A stretch of 64,000 bases of DNA from NCBI GenBank assembly GCA_049472335.1, contig JBLIRO010000010.1:1-64000 (forward strand). Direction: 5' to 3'. Each line of letters opens with the position of its first letter. Position 1 is the first letter of the stretch. The notes beneath the pieces are model-generated. The model was given only the letters and a program-made list of their open reading frames with translations. It had not been told where the DNA came from and searched no databases. Positions 38,864 to 49,429 of this stretch are shown here, one piece after another. This stretch comes from a bacterium (GTDB lineage: Bacteria; SZUA-182; DTGQ01; JAFGSM01). Made by a program: the position numbers and the translations under genes.

Positions 38864-41800
38864 TTATGGAACCGGCATGCCTGCACCTCCGCCAAGGCCT
38901 CCAGGAGAGGCTTCTACTGCTCCGTTTACATGATAGGTAACATCGTAATTGCTATTGATATCCCAAAAAACGGGAGTCGGATGACAGAACCTGCACTCAG
39001 TCGAGATAGCCGGCATAGGATGAGGTGTCGGGGGATAGCCATGGCATTGATAAATATTATCAGGAGATAATGACAGGGTGTTGTTCCCGCAGGAGATTAA
39101 TCCTGTTGTTTGACTCCATTCCGGAGGTATGCCGGAAAAATAATCATATGTACCCGTAGCATTGGGGGGAGTGTCTCCGTCGCTATGACAATAGACATAG
39201 CATGTGCCTGTCAACCTGTCAAAATAATCCCCGGTTCCTATCATTTCTAAGGTGCTGTCAAATACCACATCAGCAGTAAACGATGTGTCGTCACACACAA
39301 CATGGTTGTCCAGATCTGCTAAAGACGGATGGCATGCCCTGCAGTCTATTGTATAATTTGAATCGGTATAGACATCTGCCATAACTTTTGAATTGAGGTG
39401 TTTATTATGAGCGCCCACAACTGATCCCAGGGAAGCTCCGTGGCAGAGACAGCCGTCCAATTGCGCGCTGGGATTATACGGCTCCCTTATATGACCTGGA
39501 TCACCGGAGAAATCATGGCATCTTTTGCATGTATATATTCCAGGATCGCACAAATAACCATTCGGATCGGATTCAAGGCAGTGATCCTGCGTGTCGCTTA
39601 TCCCTACGCAGACACATTGCGGAGGATAGTCATGACAGCAATCGCATACCTTATCTCCTTTGTTCCCGTTATAAGTGTAATTTGTCTCACAATGTCTGCT
39701 TGGATCTAAGTGACACTTTTCACATCCATTTTCATCAGTACACCTTAGATGATATGCCTTTGCCTGATCGTGGCATCGTCCACAATCAGAGAAGGTTAGA
39801 TTCATCCCGCTGAGATCGGTATAAGGATCACCTTCATCATTTTCAAAAATTTTATGGTCAGACCGATCGCATTCACCCCTATGCAAATTACCGCCACCAT
39901 GACAGTGGATGCAATCATTGTATGCATCCGGCTCATGTTCAAGAAGATCCAGAGTGCATCCATAGTCGGATTTAATATCGAATCCGGGCCCAATATGACA
40001 GCATTTACAATCTTCGTTTTTACAATAATCAAAATCATAATTACATTTATGGTTGGTTACACCGGTATGGCAAATACCGCATTCTTTCTGACATTTTTCA
40101 TGGCTATTTCTAAAATTAGGGTCATTATGACAGAGTCCGCAAGAGGTGACAGCAAGAGTCATGTCTGTCATAGTGGATACGTCTGTATTGCCGTCCATGT
40201 GCATTCCGGCATAACACTCTCCCCCATGACACTTTTTACAGACCCTTTCTCCAACCGGATGAGGCCCTATTAATCGATTACCATTTTTATCTTCACACTT
40301 ATCAATTGTTATATAATCAGGATCTTTTAACATGTCCTCCAGGTGGCAGATAATACATTTTGAATCATCACAATAGAGAGTATTACATAAATGATAATCA
40401 CCCGGGCGATTAGTGCCGGATTCATGGCATTCTTCACACAATTTATTATTATTGATATCAATATGTTTATGAATCTCTCTGAACCTTTGATCGTTATGAC
40501 AACGAATGCATTTTTCCCCTCTGGTAAACATGTTTGTTAGGTCCGAGAATCCATTCGCATGATTTTCCGGCAGATATTCTTCCGTGTGGCAATCTTCACA
40601 GTTTGATGAAAAAACTTCGGGAGAGTGTTCCCCCGTCGGCTTTTCATTATTGTCTTCACACTGGGCCGGATCGATATCCGGAGAAGTATGACAACACCTG
40701 CACTTTTCATTCCCCCTATAATCAAGTATGCACAGGTGATTATTGATAAGACACGTATTGGAAATCCCGGGATAATGGCAGTCTTTGCATGGTTTTGATG
40801 TACAATTTGAATGAAGCCTTTCCATTTCCGGATTCAGATGGCATAATTTGCAATCCGAAAAGCTTAGACGCATCCCGCTTAGATCTGTCATGGTACAATC
40901 CGGATTAATAAAAGGATCTATATCATAGTTATTTATTTTGTGGACTTGAGGATTGCACTCTCCCATATGACAGCGGTTACATTCTCTGTAGGCGGTTGGC
41001 TCATGTTTTATCACCTCTTGACTCACACACCCGTAATCAGATGAAATCGGAAATGAGCCATCTATTTTATAATCTTTAAAACCCGGTATATTCAGAAAGT
41101 TATGGCATGTCTTGCATTGGGGCTCCGAGCAATAGGTAAAACCGCAATGTACAGGGTGGCAAGCGGAGCATGTCTCAGTGCCCGGGCCATGAGTGGGTAT
41201 GATCTCTGTATGGCAAAGTATACAAGTCCCATTTCTTACATATGTCAGACCATTCATATGGTCTGCGGGATTGCATTCACCCCCGGTGGGTGCTCCTGCC
41301 GCATGGCAATTTATACAATCACCTGTATGAGGAGCTAAACCGGGTTTGCCACAAACATTCTGAAGCGGCGGGGCGGCTGTATGACACCAGATACATGCCT
41401 GGTTATTGCTGAAAGTGGAAACACAATGGGTTGGATGGCATGAGTAGCAGTTTACAGTAGGCCATAATCCGCCTTCCCATGGAAGCCCGGCCCCCCCGTG
41501 GGGCACCACAACCGTATGGCAGCCCAAACAGGTCAGAGGATTAACATAGGTCATAGGGTCATTTATATGATTTATGGGATTTGCCTCGCCTCCTCCTGAA
41601 GGCCCTACATGGCAGAAGAGACAATCCTGGATTCCAGCCTGGTTGATACCAAAGGTGTCGAACGCATAATGGGTGGAGATGTCTCCGGGGCCGCAGATAT
41701 CGCATATGGCTGGATTGGTGCCATGACAGGCAATACATTTAGCAGGTATGTCCCAATAGAACATATCGGTGTGATTGGTATGACAAAATGAGCACTCATT

Positions 41801-44800
41801 ACCGGGCCCCAGCCTTGCGTGGATTGAAGAAGGCACCCTATCGCATCCTAATACCAGGGGATCACTATGACAGATACCACAACTGTTCAGACCCTCCCAT
41901 GATTGTACAAGGTTCATAGGCCCTGCATCCTTATAATGTTTTCTTGCATTACGAACCCCAGGATGGCAGGCCTCACAATCTGTTGCCTCAGGTGGGTGTG
42001 TTTTGCTTATAGACACTCCATTGACCACAATATTCATGATTGGGGGATTTCCGTGGCAATAGCCGCATTTGACAGGATCGCCAAGATATCCCCTCAGACC
42101 TGAGATGGTTTCGTGTTCTCCGTGGCAATCCGAGCAGGGCATATCCAAGACAGGTTTATGGAGAGTGCTTCCATCTGAGATTTTAGGGTCATCATGACAT
42201 GCGCCGCAGGTATTGGTTATGTCTTTTCTAAAACTTTGCACGATATTCATCTCGCAGTGTCTGCCGTGGCAGTCCCGGCAATCGGTTTTGACCTTGCCAT
42301 GCAATTCAACTTTAGAATCAAAGGGACTTTCCATATCTTTGTGGCATTCCCCGCAGCCTTTGTCATTATTCCAGTTTTGTTCTATCGAGAGTGGGAGTGT
42401 GCCCTTATATTCATAATGATAGATTGTACCCGGATCGCATACTGCACTATGGCAAGAAGTGCACTCAGCAGAAGCGTTGTGTAACCACTTTTTGTCAGTA
42501 TCGCATCCGAAATCAGGTTTCAAATTTTTCAGTATATCCTGATGACAGTCAAGACATCGAGCGTCCACTTCAGTTGAACTTCCTGCACAATAGACAAATT
42601 TTGTATGGTCCTCATGGCATTTCTGGCAGGTTCCGGGAAGAAAGGAATAAGGATTGTGCCATTGCAGATTTGGATCTGACGAGGGATGGCAGCATCCGCA
42701 GCCTGTATCCTCAAAAGTATTAATAATTTCCTCAACGTCCACTATACCGTTGACGTGTTGGTAAAATCCCGGTTTTCCTTCATAAATTCCATTGTGGGGG
42801 TGACATGTTTCACAAGATGTCAGGCAATTTGAATGGTCAGTTACATTCGGGTCCGGCGGAATTGTAATATTTGGGTCCGGCGGGGTCTTATGACAATTAT
42901 CGCAATATGTAAAATGCAGGTCATTGGTATCAATACAGGATATATCGTTAGTATCACGGCAAAATTTATACGTATCTGACCAGGCAATGAGTTCTGCATA
43001 CCCCCCTTTTGTGTTGCTATGACAATAAAGATTAAAACATCTTTTGGTAGATTCCTCATATATCCCATCTGGGTTTAATAGCTGGTCAAACCCTATTTGA
43101 ATGTTTCCGTCCAGCTCAAATATATATTGGTTATTCGGATCATAAGGCAGATTATCAGGGTCTATGTGGCATCTAAAACAAGGGAAGTTATACTGCAAGT
43201 GGGCCATATGCAGATCTTGATTCGGATCTTTATGTTTCTCGGGAAGATTTGTTTTTTGGGGAGGAAAGGGTGGAGGAGGTATTCCATGCCCTTTGCCGGC
43301 GATGTCGGGTAAGGGGACTTTCCCCTTATATTCATCAGGATCATACTCTAATCTTGAAATATCAATCCTTCCGATCCCATGACACCGGCAGGTAGGGGCA
43401 AACGCCTTTGAATTGAAAACCGATCTGGAATCGCCTGTTTCATAATCATAATCAGGATCATCGGGATGCGGAGCAGGCCCGGGATCATGGATATGACATC
43501 CAGTGCAGTCTGTGCCGCGGTAATCGATAGTGCAATTATTCGGATCTGAGCACTCAGCACTATTAGGGTCCGGATTAAAGTAATGTCGGGAGCCGTTTCT
43601 ATGTTTATAATCAAATACAGCATCCCCGGATTCTTCTCCGGGATTTGGCCAATCTTCCCTCGGTTTGTCCTGATGGCAGACTTCGCAGATATCCTTTGTG
43701 CCTGCAGGGATAGAAATGGAATTCTCTGAAGAATCAGACTCTATTACATCCTGTTTCAGGGGATCAAAGAAATCTACAACCCAGGTGTCTTTGTTTGGAT
43801 CGGCATGTTGAAGGGCAAATAAATCACAGTCTTCCATATTTGGATCATACTTGAATTGACTGTAATGGCAATTATTACACATAGACTTGTAGATCCTTCT
43901 TTTAATCATAAAGACATTGATATTCCCCTGATCGTCTCCCGATCCATGAGGGTTATGGCATGTAATACAGTGTGAAGATCTGTCAATAGGACCCGGTTTC
44001 CTTCGTACGCCGCTGCCAAGTTCTTCATAGATGAAATGGGAATATTTTGTGGGATGGCAATCCCTGCACAGATCCCACTGTTTGTGTCCTCCGCATACCT
44101 CAGGATATGCCCTCTCGACCGGCCCCCAACGTTCATCCCTATACTTTGTTGTATCCAGGTGTCCGTTATATTTGCCAATGGAAAACCCATCAGGATAGTC
44201 AGAGGCTTGAAGTGTCTCTACACATACCTTTTCCCGTACTATTTTATTGGACCAATGGCATTCCCAACAGAAGTTTTTTTCCCCGTCATTGGGGTCCAGG
44301 TCAATATCATGGTCACGGCTGTGTGGATTCGGATCATTAGGGTCGTTAGTGATAGGGATGTTTTCGTTGTTCATGGCTCCTTTATTGGGGTAGGTCTGTG
44401 CTGCCCGATTCGGATTGGAATATCCTGTATCAATAGTAGCCCCGGCATACTTTTTTTGTTCGGTTACTCCGTGCCCGCTTTTTGGCCAGTAATTCTGTTT
44501 CCGGATCTTGTCCGGATCGGGTGCTTTTATCAGGCAGCCATTCGGATCATCATGGTGAAAGTTAGGATAGCACTGACAGCCATTCGGATCTTTATAATGC
44601 CAGTTGGGAAAGGAGCAATACCGGCTTACATAGGATGCGTATATCCCTCCGTTCTCATATGAATCATCATGACACTGCAAACAGGTTACGGAACCGGGGT
44701 CGCCCCATTGCAGGAGCCTGACGGAACTTGGATCTATATTGGGATCGTCCGGCAATGCCTCGGATCCTTTTGGATAGAATCCTCCGTGGCATTCATAACA

Positions 44801-45385
44801 TACTTTTGTATTGGTGAGGGTCGTCTTTTTAAGGTTATTATGCCCTTTAAAATATATGATAAATTCCTTTTTGCCATTATCGTGTCCATTCGGGTCGGCT
44901 AGGTCAGCAAGTTTATAATGATTCGGATCATGGCAATCAAGGCAGGTCCTCCCAAGGCCAAAGGGCTGATAAACAAGATGGGTAAGGTGGCCTTTTTTTC
45001 TCTTTTTATAATCTCTTCTGAATTTCTCAAGATATTCAGATGAAAGGTTAGTGCCGGGCAGAGCATTATCCGGATCGTATGTAGAGTAAAATAGGGGGTA
45101 CGGGGCATTTTCCAAACTCATAAAACATGAATAATTGTGTATATTCGGATCATAGGCCTGCGGGTCATAGGCCTTGTCAGGATACATATCACTGTGACAT
45201 TTGAAACATCCTTCCCTAAGCAGATTTTGACTAAGGATGGCGATGGCGTTTGGATCCTCTTGTTTAGAGAGGTCATAGTTGATATATCCAGTTGAAGCAT
45301 TAAGAGAATGGACAGGTGAAAAGAAAAATGCCAGGCAAAAAAGAAATACTAATGCTAAACAAATATTTAAAGACCTCTGTTTCAC
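38864..45385 (-). CDS. Giant multiheme cytochrome c, 2173 aa, about 58 heme motifs
   Basis: Sec signal; manual count of 53 CxxCH plus CRCH, CLCH, CYVYCH, CFNLYCH and one CX14CH. Confidence 0.92.
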   Translation of the reverse strand: MKQRSLNICLALVFLFCLAFFFSPVHSLNASTGYINYDLSKQEDPNAIAILSQNLLREGCFKCHSDMYPDKAYDPQAYDPNIHNYSCFMSLENAPYPLFYSTYDPDNALPGTNLSSEYLEKFRRDYKKRKKGHLTHLVYQPFGLGRTCLDCHDPNHYKLADLADPNGHDNGKKEFIIYFKGHNNLKKTTLTNTKVCYECHGGFYPKGSEALPDDPNIDPSSVRLLQWGDPGSVTCLQCHDDSYENGGIYASYVSRYCSFPNWHYKDPNGCQCYPNFHHDDPNGCLIKAPDPDKIRKQNYWPKSGHGVTEQKKYAGATIDTGYSNPNRAAQTYPNKGAMNNENIPITNDPNDPNPHSRDHDIDLDPNDGEKNFCWECHWSNKIVREKVCVETLQASDYPDGFSIGKYNGHLDTTKYRDERWGPVERAYPEVCGGHKQWDLCRDCHPTKYSHFIYEELGSGVRRKPGPIDRSSHCITCHNPHGSGDDQGNINVFMIKRRIYKSMCNNCHYSQFKYDPNMEDCDLFALQHADPNKDTWVVDFFDPLKQDVIESDSSENSISIPAGTKDICEVCHQDKPREDWPNPGEESGDAVFDYKHRNGSRHYFNPDPNSAECSDPNNCTIDYRGTDCTGCHIHDPGPAPHPDDPDYDYETGDSRSVFNSKAFAPTCRCHGIGRIDISRLEYDPDEYKGKVPLPDIAGKGHGIPPPPFPPQKTNLPEKHKDPNQDLHMAHLQYNFPCFRCHIDPDNLPYDPNNQYIFELDGNIQIGFDQLLNPDGIYEESTKRCFNLYCHSNTKGGYAELIAWSDTYKFCRDTNDISCIDTNDLHFTYCDNCHKTPPDPNITIPPDPNVTDHSNCLTSCETCHPHNGIYEGKPGFYQHVNGIVDVEEIINTFEDTGCGCCHPSSDPNLQWHNPYSFLPGTCQKCHEDHTKFVYCAGSSTEVDARCLDCHQDILKNLKPDFGCDTDKKWLHNASAECTSCHSAVCDPGTIYHYEYKGTLPLSIEQNWNNDKGCGECHKDMESPFDSKVELHGKVKTDCRDCHGRHCEMNIVQSFRKDITNTCGACHDDPKISDGSTLHKPVLDMPCSDCHGEHETISGLRGYLGDPVKCGYCHGNPPIMNIVVNGVSISKTHPPEATDCEACHPGVRNARKHYKDAGPMNLVQSWEGLNSCGICHSDPLVLGCDRVPSSIHARLGPGNECSFCHTNHTDMFYWDIPAKCIACHGTNPAICDICGPGDISTHYAFDTFGINQAGIQDCLFCHVGPSGGGEANPINHINDPMTYVNPLTCLGCHTVVVPHGGAGLPWEGGLWPTVNCYSCHPTHCVSTFSNNQACIWCHTAAPPLQNVCGKPGLAPHTGDCINCHAAGAPTGGECNPADHMNGLTYVRNGTCILCHTEIIPTHGPGTETCSACHPVHCGFTYCSEPQCKTCHNFLNIPGFKDYKIDGSFPISSDYGCVSQEVIKHEPTAYRECNRCHMGECNPQVHKINNYDIDPFINPDCTMTDLSGMRLSFSDCKLCHLNPEMERLHSNCTSKPCKDCHYPGISNTCLINNHLCILDYRGNEKCRCCHTSPDIDPAQCEDNNEKPTGEHSPEVFSSNCEDCHTEEYLPENHANGFSDLTNMFTRGEKCIRCHNDQRFREIHKHIDINNNKLCEECHESGTNRPGDYHLCNTLYCDDSKCIICHLEDMLKDPDYITIDKCEDKNGNRLIGPHPVGERVCKKCHGGECYAGMHMDGNTDVSTMTDMTLAVTSCGLCHNDPNFRNSHEKCQKECGICHTGVTNHKCNYDFDYCKNEDCKCCHIGPGFDIKSDYGCTLDLLEHEPDAYNDCIHCHGGGNLHRGECDRSDHKIFENDEGDPYTDLSGMNLTFSDCGRCHDQAKAYHLRCTDENGCEKCHLDPSRHCETNYTYNGNKGDKVCDCCHDYPPQCVCVGISDTQDHCLESDPNGYLCDPGIYTCKRCHDFSGDPGHIREPYNPSAQLDGCLCHGASLGSVVGAHNKHLNSKVMADVYTDSNYTIDCRACHPSLADLDNHVVCDDTSFTADVVFDSTLEMIGTGDYFDRLTGTCYVYCHSDGDTPPNATGTYDYFSGIPPEWSQTTGLISCGNNTLSLSPDNIYQCHGYPPTPHPMPAISTECRFCHPTPVFWDINSNYDVTYHVNGAVEASPGGLGGGAGMPVP

Positions 45386-45930
45386 TCTTTCAACTCGCTT
45401 TTATTTATAATCTTTGAAACCTTTGTAATCAATTTATGGCCAGAATTTCTTTCCCTTTTTAAAGCTATTTTTATAGCTATAGATAACAAGTTTAACTGAT
45501 TGAATTTGATGTTTTTTGTTGTATAAGGCTTTTGGTTTGAAAACAGGATTACATAACTATGTCGAATAAGATCATCGATTGTTTCATCATTACAAATTTT
45601 TCTATTTAAGAGAGTTTCAGTAAGTTTTTCAAAACTAACCAAGGATTTAAACAGTAAATTATAAAATTAGTTTGTCAAAATAGTTGTAAAATAATTTGGA
45701 AAAAAGAAAAAATTATATTTTTCCTAAAAAAAATAGAAAAAAATTACAATTTATATTTAATTAATGATTATTGAAAGAAAAAATGAATAAATATAAAATT
45801 TGATATAATGAAATGATAAAGAATATTTTCGGGTTTGTCAAAGCCATACTGATTCCATCTTATTGTGTTGATTCCATAATATGTGATAAACTTGTTCGGT
45901 TTTTAAGATTCTGATCAAGCGGAGGATGAT

Positions 45931-46473
45931 TTGAAAATGTCTGACAATGATCCTTTTGAAAGAAGCAGGAAACGTATTAATGTCGAAATCCGGCAGATGG
46001 AGATCGATGACATCCCTGAAGTATTCCATCTCGGCGAGGAACTTTTCACCTCCGAGGACGCTCCGACCTTATATAGAACCTGGGATGAGTATGAGGTTAC
46101 AGGGCTTTTTCACAGCGAGACGGAGCTCTGTCTTGTGGCTGAAGCAAATGAGGAGATTATTGGATTTGCCATGGGTACAACCATTACCAAACCCAGATCA
46201 GCCTGGAAATATGGTCATCTTGTATGGTTGGGAGTAGCGGATGACTACCAGAGGTTCGGGGTGGCGGAAAAGCTTTTTAACAACTTTCTGGAGCTTATGC
46301 TTGAAGAGGGGGTTCGTATCCTTATGGCTGATACCGAAGCAGATAACAAACCTGCTTTAAAGTTTTTCCGCAAGATGGGATTCGATAAATCCGAGGAGCA
46401 TGTATACCTAAGTCTGAATTTGGATGAACAACTGAAGGCTTTTAAACAAAGACACACAAACCATAACGAATAA
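45931..46473 (+). CDS. GNAT family N-acetyltransferase
   Basis: WLGVADDYQRFGVAEKL (motif A), NKPALKFFRKMGF. Confidence 0.9.
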   Translation: MKMSDNDPFERSRKRINVEIRQMEIDDIPEVFHLGEELFTSEDAPTLYRTWDEYEVTGLFHSETELCLVAEANEEIIGFAMGTTITKPRSAWKYGHLVWLGVADDYQRFGVAEKLFNNFLELMLEEGVRILMADTEADNKPALKFFRKMGFDKSEEHVYLSLNLDEQLKAFKQRHTNHNE

Positions 46474-46492
46474 GAGAGTAATTGAGGGATCG

Positions 46493-47605
46493 TTGAATAA
46501 TTTAAATGTGATAAATCCGGAACGTCTAAAGAGGCTTCTGTCAAAAATGATCGATATTTACAGCCCTTCCGGAAAGGAAGAGGAGATACTCGAATATCTC
46601 TATGACTATCTTAAAAGAAACGGACTACCTGTTTGTAAACAATCGGTGGATGATAGCAGATACAACCTTGTTGTTGGCTCCGAAGCGGATACCCTGCTTA
46701 GTTTTGTCGGCCATCTGGATACCGTAATAGCCCATGATTTGGATAATTATGGATTCAAGGAGGAAGGAGATCTGGTTGCCGGCCTTGGCTCTGCCGACAT
46801 GAAGGGCGGATGCGCTGCAATGATCGAGGCATTCGTTTGCCTTTGGAATAGAAAGGGGACTCCTCCTCCGGTAGCTCTGGCCCTTGTAATTGGAGAAGAA
46901 GAGGAGGGTGACGGCGCTAACGTGTTGGCAAATAGTGATCTTCAATTCAGTTGGGCGCTGATAGGAGAGCCTACAGACCTTAAACCTTGTCTGAGTAATT
47001 ATGGCTATATAGAGATACAAATTGCCATTAAAGGAAAGCGCATACATGCTTCATTGGCGAATCAGGGACAGAATCCCATTGGGGCCATGCTCAGACTGAT
47101 AATGCGTGTTGCCCGGTACATTGAAAGTAAACAACCAAGATTAGTATATAATATCCGTGATATGTACACATCTCAAGCCGGATTCTTTGTGCCCGACCTT
47201 TGCGAGGCCTGGGTGGACATGCATATGCCTCCGGAATCTCCTATGGGTGAGATTGTTACAGAGATAGAGGAAATTGTCGAAATGGAGCAGAAGGAGAATA
47301 CAAAGCTTGACTTTATGATTCGTTTCAATACTATTGACGCAGGGTATGAATTGCCTGAAAAGGGCCCAATATTTGAGTGTCTCAAGGATATATATCTGAA
47401 ACGCTCATTAAACTGGAAGCCGGAGCCCTTTGTTAGTCATTCTGACGCAAACCGTCTCTGGGCCTCGGGGGTTAGACCAATCCTGTTGGGCCCGGGAGAG
47501 CTTGAAAGGGCCCATGCTTCTGACGAGTCTATCCTTTTCAGTAAGGTTGTTGAAGCTGCTGAGATTTATCTCGAAATTGCAAACTCCATAGGAGGATATC
47601 TCTAA
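46493..47605 (+). CDS. M20 family metallo-hydrolase (ArgE/DapE-like)
   Basis: GHLDTV, GSADMKGG, GEEEEGDG, IGEPT, AHASDE. Confidence 0.9.
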   Translation: MNNLNVINPERLKRLLSKMIDIYSPSGKEEEILEYLYDYLKRNGLPVCKQSVDDSRYNLVVGSEADTLLSFVGHLDTVIAHDLDNYGFKEEGDLVAGLGSADMKGGCAAMIEAFVCLWNRKGTPPPVALALVIGEEEEGDGANVLANSDLQFSWALIGEPTDLKPCLSNYGYIEIQIAIKGKRIHASLANQGQNPIGAMLRLIMRVARYIESKQPRLVYNIRDMYTSQAGFFVPDLCEAWVDMHMPPESPMGEIVTEIEEIVEMEQKENTKLDFMIRFNTIDAGYELPEKGPIFECLKDIYLKRSLNWKPEPFVSHSDANRLWASGVRPILLGPGELERAHASDESILFSKVVEAAEIYLEIANSIGGYL

Positions 47606-49377
47606 TGAATATATCCGGCATTGATTGGTTTATCATTTTCCTTTACTTTGCATTTGCCCTTGGTATAGGTGTCTATTTCTCCAGGCGGGCCGGCAAAAAC
47701 ATCACAGAATACCTGGTGGCCGGCAGGAGCCTGCCATGGTGGCTTGCCGGGACCTCTATGGTTGCCACCACCTTTGCCGCCGATACTCCTCTTGCAGTTA
47801 CAGAGCTTGTATACAAGTATGGAGTGGCGGGTAACTGGCTGTGGTGGAACTTTGTTTTTTCCGGCATCCTTACCGTTTTTTTCTTTGCCAGACTGTGGCG
47901 GCGCGTTGGCGTGCTCACGGATGTAGAGTTCACCGAGATTAGATACGGAGGAAAGCCGGCCGCGTTCCTGCGTGGATTCCGTGCGCTTTATTTGGGAATC
48001 ATAGTCAATGCCGTTATTATGGGTTGGGTTATATCGGCCATGGGCACCATTATTGAGGTTGCCCTGGGGATTGATCGCTGGATAGCCATCGTTGTGTGCC
48101 TCATCATTACAGTTTTTTATTCAAGTCTTTCCGGACTTTGGGGGGTGGTAATCACCGATTTTTTTCAGTTTACTCTGGCCATGACCGGATCCATTCTGCT
48201 GGCCATCTTTGGCATAAACGCGATTGGGGGCATAGATGCCCTAAAGGCCAGGATGCTTGTGCAAGCGGGTTCCCAAAAGGCGGTTGATTCCTTTCTCTCT
48301 TTTGCTCCTCAGGTTGGCTCCCAGTGGATGCCGGTGATTCTATTCTTTTCATACATTGGGGTTCAGTGGTGGGCCTCATGGTATCCGGGAGCAGAGCCTG
48401 GCGGGGGAGGTTATGTTGCCCAGCGCATGTTCAGTGCGAAAGATGAAAAACACTCGCTTCTGGCGACACTTTGGTTTAATATAGCTCATTACGGACTCAG
48501 ACCATGGCCCTGGATCATTACAGCCATTATAGCATGGGTCGTTTTCCCTGGACTCAAGAATCCGGGTGAAGGTTATGTGATGATGATGGTCACATATCTC
48601 CCACCAGGCATACTCGGCTTGATGTTTGCTGCCATGGCCGCGGCCTTTATGTCTACTATTTCCACCCAGCTTAACTGGGGGTGCTCTTATCTTGTGAATG
48701 ACTTTTATATGCGCTTCCTTGCTCCAAATGCTTCTGAATCCCACTATGTGACAGTCTCAAGGATTATTACCGTTATACTCATGGTCCTCGGCGGAGTCGT
48801 TGGACTGATCATGCAGAGGATAACAGGGGGCTGGGAGCTCCTTCTCAGCATAGGAGCAGGAACAGGCCTTGTTCTTATATTGCGCTGGTTTTGGTGGAGA
48901 GTTAACGCCTGGTCAGAGATCTCGTCGATGATCGTGGCCCTTATCGTCTCTCTTGGGCTGACGATCCTTCAGAAATTGGGGATAATTACCTTTCCTGAAA
49001 ACGCTGCCTTTGCATACACCCTCATCATCACCGTTATTTTAACAACTGTAGCCTGGATAACCGTTACCTTGCTTACTCCGCCTGAAAGCGAATCCGTGCT
49101 CGAGGGATTCTATAAAAGGGCCAGACCGGCCGGGCCGGGATGGAGACCTATAAAGGACCGGCTGGGTGATACTGTGAAAATAACAGATGATCTTCTCTTT
49201 TCCTTTTTTGACTGGATTGCGGGTTGTGTACTCATTTATGCCGTTCTTTTCGGAATCGGCAAGATCATTCTAAAGGATTTCAAACCCGGTATATTAATAG
49301 TTCTGATAGGTGTTTTTGCAGGAATTTTTATCTATTGGGATCTCTCGCGACGAGGGTGGAAGAGCATTTCCGATTGA
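47605..49377 (+). CDS. Sodium:solute symporter family protein
   Basis: YLVAGRSLPWWLAGTSMVATTFAADTPL, GGGYVAQRMFSAKDEKH; many TMs; 1-bp overlap with upstream stop. Confidence 0.93.
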   Translation: MNISGIDWFIIFLYFAFALGIGVYFSRRAGKNITEYLVAGRSLPWWLAGTSMVATTFAADTPLAVTELVYKYGVAGNWLWWNFVFSGILTVFFFARLWRRVGVLTDVEFTEIRYGGKPAAFLRGFRALYLGIIVNAVIMGWVISAMGTIIEVALGIDRWIAIVVCLIITVFYSSLSGLWGVVITDFFQFTLAMTGSILLAIFGINAIGGIDALKARMLVQAGSQKAVDSFLSFAPQVGSQWMPVILFFSYIGVQWWASWYPGAEPGGGGYVAQRMFSAKDEKHSLLATLWFNIAHYGLRPWPWIITAIIAWVVFPGLKNPGEGYVMMMVTYLPPGILGLMFAAMAAAFMSTISTQLNWGCSYLVNDFYMRFLAPNASESHYVTVSRIITVILMVLGGVVGLIMQRITGGWELLLSIGAGTGLVLILRWFWWRVNAWSEISSMIVALIVSLGLTILQKLGIITFPENAAFAYTLIITVILTTVAWITVTLLTPPESESVLEGFYKRARPAGPGWRPIKDRLGDTVKITDDLLFSFFDWIAGCVLIYAVLFGIGKIILKDFKPGILIVLIGVFAGIFIYWDLSRRGWKSISD

Positions 49378-49429
49378 TTCGGACTAAGAAAGCCTCTGAA
49401 TCATGAATTAGGAATAAAAGGAGGCCTTT

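Noticed and set aside
45382..45642. 86-aa ORF overlapping the cytochrome start
   Set aside because: TTG start without SD in very AT-rich DNA and no recognisable motif; probably upstream regulatory sequence.
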